Of a stretch of DNA of 64,000 nt, positions 61,336 through 64,000 are shown piece after piece (within the stretch, counting starts at the first letter, position 1; the number at the start of each line of letters is the position of its first letter). Source of the stretch: Nitrososphaerota archaeon (GTDB taxonomy: Archaea; Thermoproteota; Nitrososphaeria_A; Caldarchaeales; Calditenuaceae); assembly GCA_041641295.1 (NCBI GenBank), contig JBEPYO010000001.1:1024001-1088000 (forward strand), read 5' to 3'. Made by a program: the position numbers and the translations under genes. The notes under the pieces are model-generated. The model made no database searches, was not told where the DNA came from, and saw only the letters and a program-made list of their open reading frames with translations.

Positions 61336-62004
61336 CTAGCCGGTGCTTTTGGATTGAGGCTTTGGCAGCCTCTCTACGACCTCCCTTAGCGTTTTCATCG
61401 TCTCGTTGAGCATCTCTCTGGTCTCCTTAGACTCTTTGACTAGGGTTTCAAGTATTATGGTCAGCTTTTCAGATATCTCGCCATACTTATCTGATATTAG
61501 CTTGAAGTTTTCATCTGTTCTTTTAGCGAAATCTCTAAACTCTTCTACATAGCTGCGGAATTCCTGCCTGTAGTCCCTGAACTCTTCCCTGAAGTCCCTG
61601 AACTCATTTCTGAAGTCTCTGAACTCCCCCCTATAGTCCCTGAACTCCGACCAGTAATCCATGAATATCGCCTGCATCGCTCCAAAGCCTTCCTGAAGCT
61701 CGTCCCCCAGCTCGCCATAAATAATCTTGAACTCCCTGACTTCAGGGCTCACCGAGGCCTTCTCCTCCTTGACCTCTCTAATCTTAGCAGGGGACGGGGG
61801 CTCTCTAACCATTCTAAGGAAGCTTGAGAGCTGCTCCCTCCCACCCTGCACAAATATTTCGACCGACCCGTCAGGCATGTTTTTAACATATCCAGCCAGA
61901 CCCAGCTCCTGGGCTAAGTCCAAGACATATCTCCTGAACCCGACCCTCTGAACCCTCCCATAAAACCTCAGGACGTATGCCTCCAACTCTACGTCTCCAC
62001 TCAA
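61336..62004 (-). CDS. Acylphosphatase with C-terminal heptad-repeat coiled coil
   Basis: GRVQRVGFRR and GYVKNMPDGSVE motifs; EFRD(Y/F)Rx repeats. Confidence 0.9.
   Translation of the reverse strand: MSGDVELEAYVLRFYGRVQRVGFRRYVLDLAQELGLAGYVKNMPDGSVEIFVQGGREQLSSFLRMVREPPSPAKIREVKEEKASVSPEVREFKIIYGELGDELQEGFGAMQAIFMDYWSEFRDYRGEFRDFRNEFRDFREEFRDYRQEFRSYVEEFRDFAKRTDENFKLISDKYGEISEKLTIILETLVKESKETREMLNETMKTLREVVERLPKPQSKSTG
61522..61647 (-). repeat. Six 21-bp tandem coding repeats (EFRD[YF]Rx)
   Basis: EFRDYRG EFRDFRN EFRDFRE EFRDYRQ EFRSYVE EFRDFAK. Confidence 0.9.
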
Positions 62005-62168
62005 TTTATCAGTCCTCCAAGCATACCACTATAGTCAAGCATCGGCCCGGCTTTTAGGCTTCCCAAGCACGTCATTCACAGCCTACTCCTTTCGCCAAAC
62101 CCTAATATCAGCCATGCACCCGCATCTAAAAAGACCAGGTGTGACCGATGTGTCGATGCCGAAGCCAA

Positions 62169-62759
62169 CTACCCCTGAGACTTCTCAGCACTCATCCTAC
62201 CATGTATAGCCTTGGCTAGAGCTGAGATGGCCCCGGCTGTTAGAGCTATCCAGTAGTCGTCAGTGAGGCTGGCTACTGCAGGTGTCAGCACGTTTATGCT
62301 GAGCCCTCCGTATGGTACTGCGTATCTCATCTCGAATTTTCCAGTCAATGGAAGATCTATGCCGAGATAGGACCCGGCTACCTTCAGACCTATGAAGAGT
62401 CCCAGCAGGAATGTGACTGGGAGTGCTAGGCCGGTCATGCTTATCATAGGCTTGGACCACGGCTTTCTCACCAGAACGGATCCAACAAGTATCGCGATTG
62501 CTGCAAGTAGGATGCTGAGGCGGGCGGCCAGGGTCAGGTAAGGTATTATAGGCACGTTCACGGGCCTGCCCAGTATCTCCACGGCTATGGCGAAGGGTGA
62601 GATGTTTGCAGAAAAGGTGCATTGGTCCTCGATACACCCATGCATCCTCCACCAAGGCCGATTAGAAGATACCGTGTAGAGAAGTAGTAAGGTTGCAGCA
62701 ATCCCCGGCAGGTTCACCCTACCGTTCAGCGATAGAGCATCAACAAGCATCATGGGCAC
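62169..62759 (-). CDS. Hypothetical 4-TM membrane protein
   Basis: PWW motif, ISPF and hydrophobic helices; overlaps the upstream gene. Confidence 0.7.
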   Translation of the reverse strand: MPMMLVDALSLNGRVNLPGIAATLLLLYTVSSNRPWWRMHGCIEDQCTFSANISPFAIAVEILGRPVNVPIIPYLTLAARLSILLAAIAILVGSVLVRKPWSKPMISMTGLALPVTFLLGLFIGLKVAGSYLGIDLPLTGKFEMRYAVPYGGLSINVLTPAVASLTDDYWIALTAGAISALAKAIHGRMSAEKSQG

Positions 62760-63283
62760 TCCAGGCCTAGTGCCTTAACATCCTCCCGGCTAAGCCGGAA
62801 AGACGTCGTTAACGGCACAGTCACAACAGATCCGAAAACCTTTACGAATACTTCACCCTTAACCTCTATGTCTACATAGCCCCGGTCTCTAAAGTATGGC
62901 AACAGTCTGGTAACCGAGCCCTCGCTAAGACTGATGTCTAGGACCACTTCTTTTACAGAGCCAGGGGATGAGGTGACCGGGTGGGCCAAAGTTACAGGAG
63001 CAACCGCCTCCCCACTAGGTCCATAGGCTGTAGCGTTTAGACCCACTAGTTCAAGCCCAATCTCACCCAAGTTAGTTAGCCTAAGAACAGCCTTAGGCTC
63101 CTTATCTATAACTCTAAAGCCAGTAAACTCCATGCGGAAATCCACTTTTGGAGGTGAATACGATGGCGTGATCAATGGAGTGATGTTCCAGCCGTACTGG
63201 TTCAGCGCGAAAACTATTGGGCCCAGCCCAACTCCTATTGACAACGAGATCATGACGATCCTGACTACACTAACCATATTCAA
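62750..63283 (-). CDS. Membrane-anchored beta-sandwich (LEA_2/WHy-like) protein
   Basis: N-terminal TM, LRLTNLG and alternating beta strands. Confidence 0.6.
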   Translation of the reverse strand: MNMVSVVRIVMISLSIGVGLGPIVFALNQYGWNITPLITPSYSPPKVDFRMEFTGFRVIDKEPKAVLRLTNLGEIGLELVGLNATAYGPSGEAVAPVTLAHPVTSSPGSVKEVVLDISLSEGSVTRLLPYFRDRGYVDIEVKGEVFVKVFGSVVTVPLTTSFRLSREDVKALGLECP

Positions 63284-63558
63284 ATATAGGCCGTCTCAAG
63301 GGTTTCAGCCACATCTCTGGGAAGCATATGAGGCCTAGATCGCTGAATACACATGTATATTACTTATCATCCCATTTATGCCGTGGCCACAAACACACCA
63401 ATACATCCTCATCTGCCTAGAAGCTCCAACTACTAGTTTTAGCCCTGCTAGGAGAGCCTCTCGACGGCTTCTCTGAGAAGCTTTAACGTCTCACTCACCA
63501 ATAGGATGACCACACCTATGACTTGGTCCCTACTCATCCACTAAGCACCTACGCTCCA

Positions 63559-63999
63559 TTAGATCGACTCTATGACCCCTATACCATAGAACCTACTCAA
63601 CAGTTTTAGGGTTACCGCGTTGTAGATTATGAATGCGGTGTCGTTCCTCCACTCATCTGCTGTTGGGTGGCCCCAGCTCGAGGCAAGCATGCTGAGCCTC
63701 CAGGCATGCCTGACCCCGGCCCTGAGCGGTATATACCGCTCCATGGCCAGCTCCCTAAGCTCCATAATCGTCCTTACAACTAGTCTAATCAACTCCATAC
63801 TCCTGACCCTGGTCAGCCTCAGCTTGAGGAAGGCCCTGATGAAGGCCTTACGCAAGGCACTAACTAAATGCCACTTCCTAGCTCTCTTAACCCGCTCAAC
63901 AGAGTCAGCCAGTCCCTCGTGGAGAAGCCTAGCCACGCCGTCAACCCCACCCGGGTAATCCGGTGATATGCCAAGGGTATCATGGTTAAGCATACTCAT
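63559..63999 (-). CDS. Conserved hypothetical basic protein
   Basis: SSWGHPTADEWRNDTAFIIY motif. May be 5'-truncated by the window edge. Confidence 0.65.
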   Translation of the reverse strand: MSMLNHDTLGISPDYPGGVDGVARLLHEGLADSVERVKRARKWHLVSALRKAFIRAFLKLRLTRVRSMELIRLVVRTIMELRELAMERYIPLRAGVRHAWRLSMLASSWGHPTADEWRNDTAFIIYNAVTLKLLSRFYGIGVIESI

Positions 64000-64000
64000 A

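Noticed and set aside
61522-61647. 21-bp repeats as a CRISPR array
   Set aside because: No spacers, and the repeats are in-frame coding heptads.

Overview
Archaeal chromosome segment, probably a thermophilic Thermoproteota lineage such as Caldarchaeales or Bathyarchaeia (inferred from GHMP-type shikimate kinase, tandem PurP, Pth2, TATA promoters, GGTGA Shine-Dalgarno sites and frequent TTG/GTG starts). 1-27.8 kb is mostly housekeeping: YeeE/YedE transporter, Na/Ca exchanger, SCO, PLD, trpD-C-F-B-A, nucleoside hydrolase, beta-CASP nuclease, purP pair, M24 peptidase, acs, pth2 and aroK. It is interrupted at about 4.6-6.4 kb by a compact, catalytically divergent IS110-like gene whose 3' flank folds into a long nested hairpin with a symmetric 12x12-nt internal loop, a candidate guide or bridge-type RNA. 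28-33 kb is an accessory nuclease island: an AbrB remnant, a metallophosphoesterase-HhH-DEDD exonuclease reading frame split by one in-frame TAG, an eIF4E-like/DUF1917-type protein, a second DEDD exonuclease, and a broken wHTH ATPase with tandem operators. 33.3-64 kb is a co-oriented minus-strand cell-surface/glycan locus: MoxR-DUF58-DUF4350 module, FtsX-type ABC system, GT-C-like membrane proteins, flippase, GT4/GT2 enzymes, methyltransferases and a permuted DUF1616 protein. It also holds a 95-aa protein resembling eukaryotic DPM2 and DPM3 and a DPM1-like GT2 fusion. No rRNA, tRNA or CRISPR array was recognised. All calls come from manual motif reading; no searches were run.
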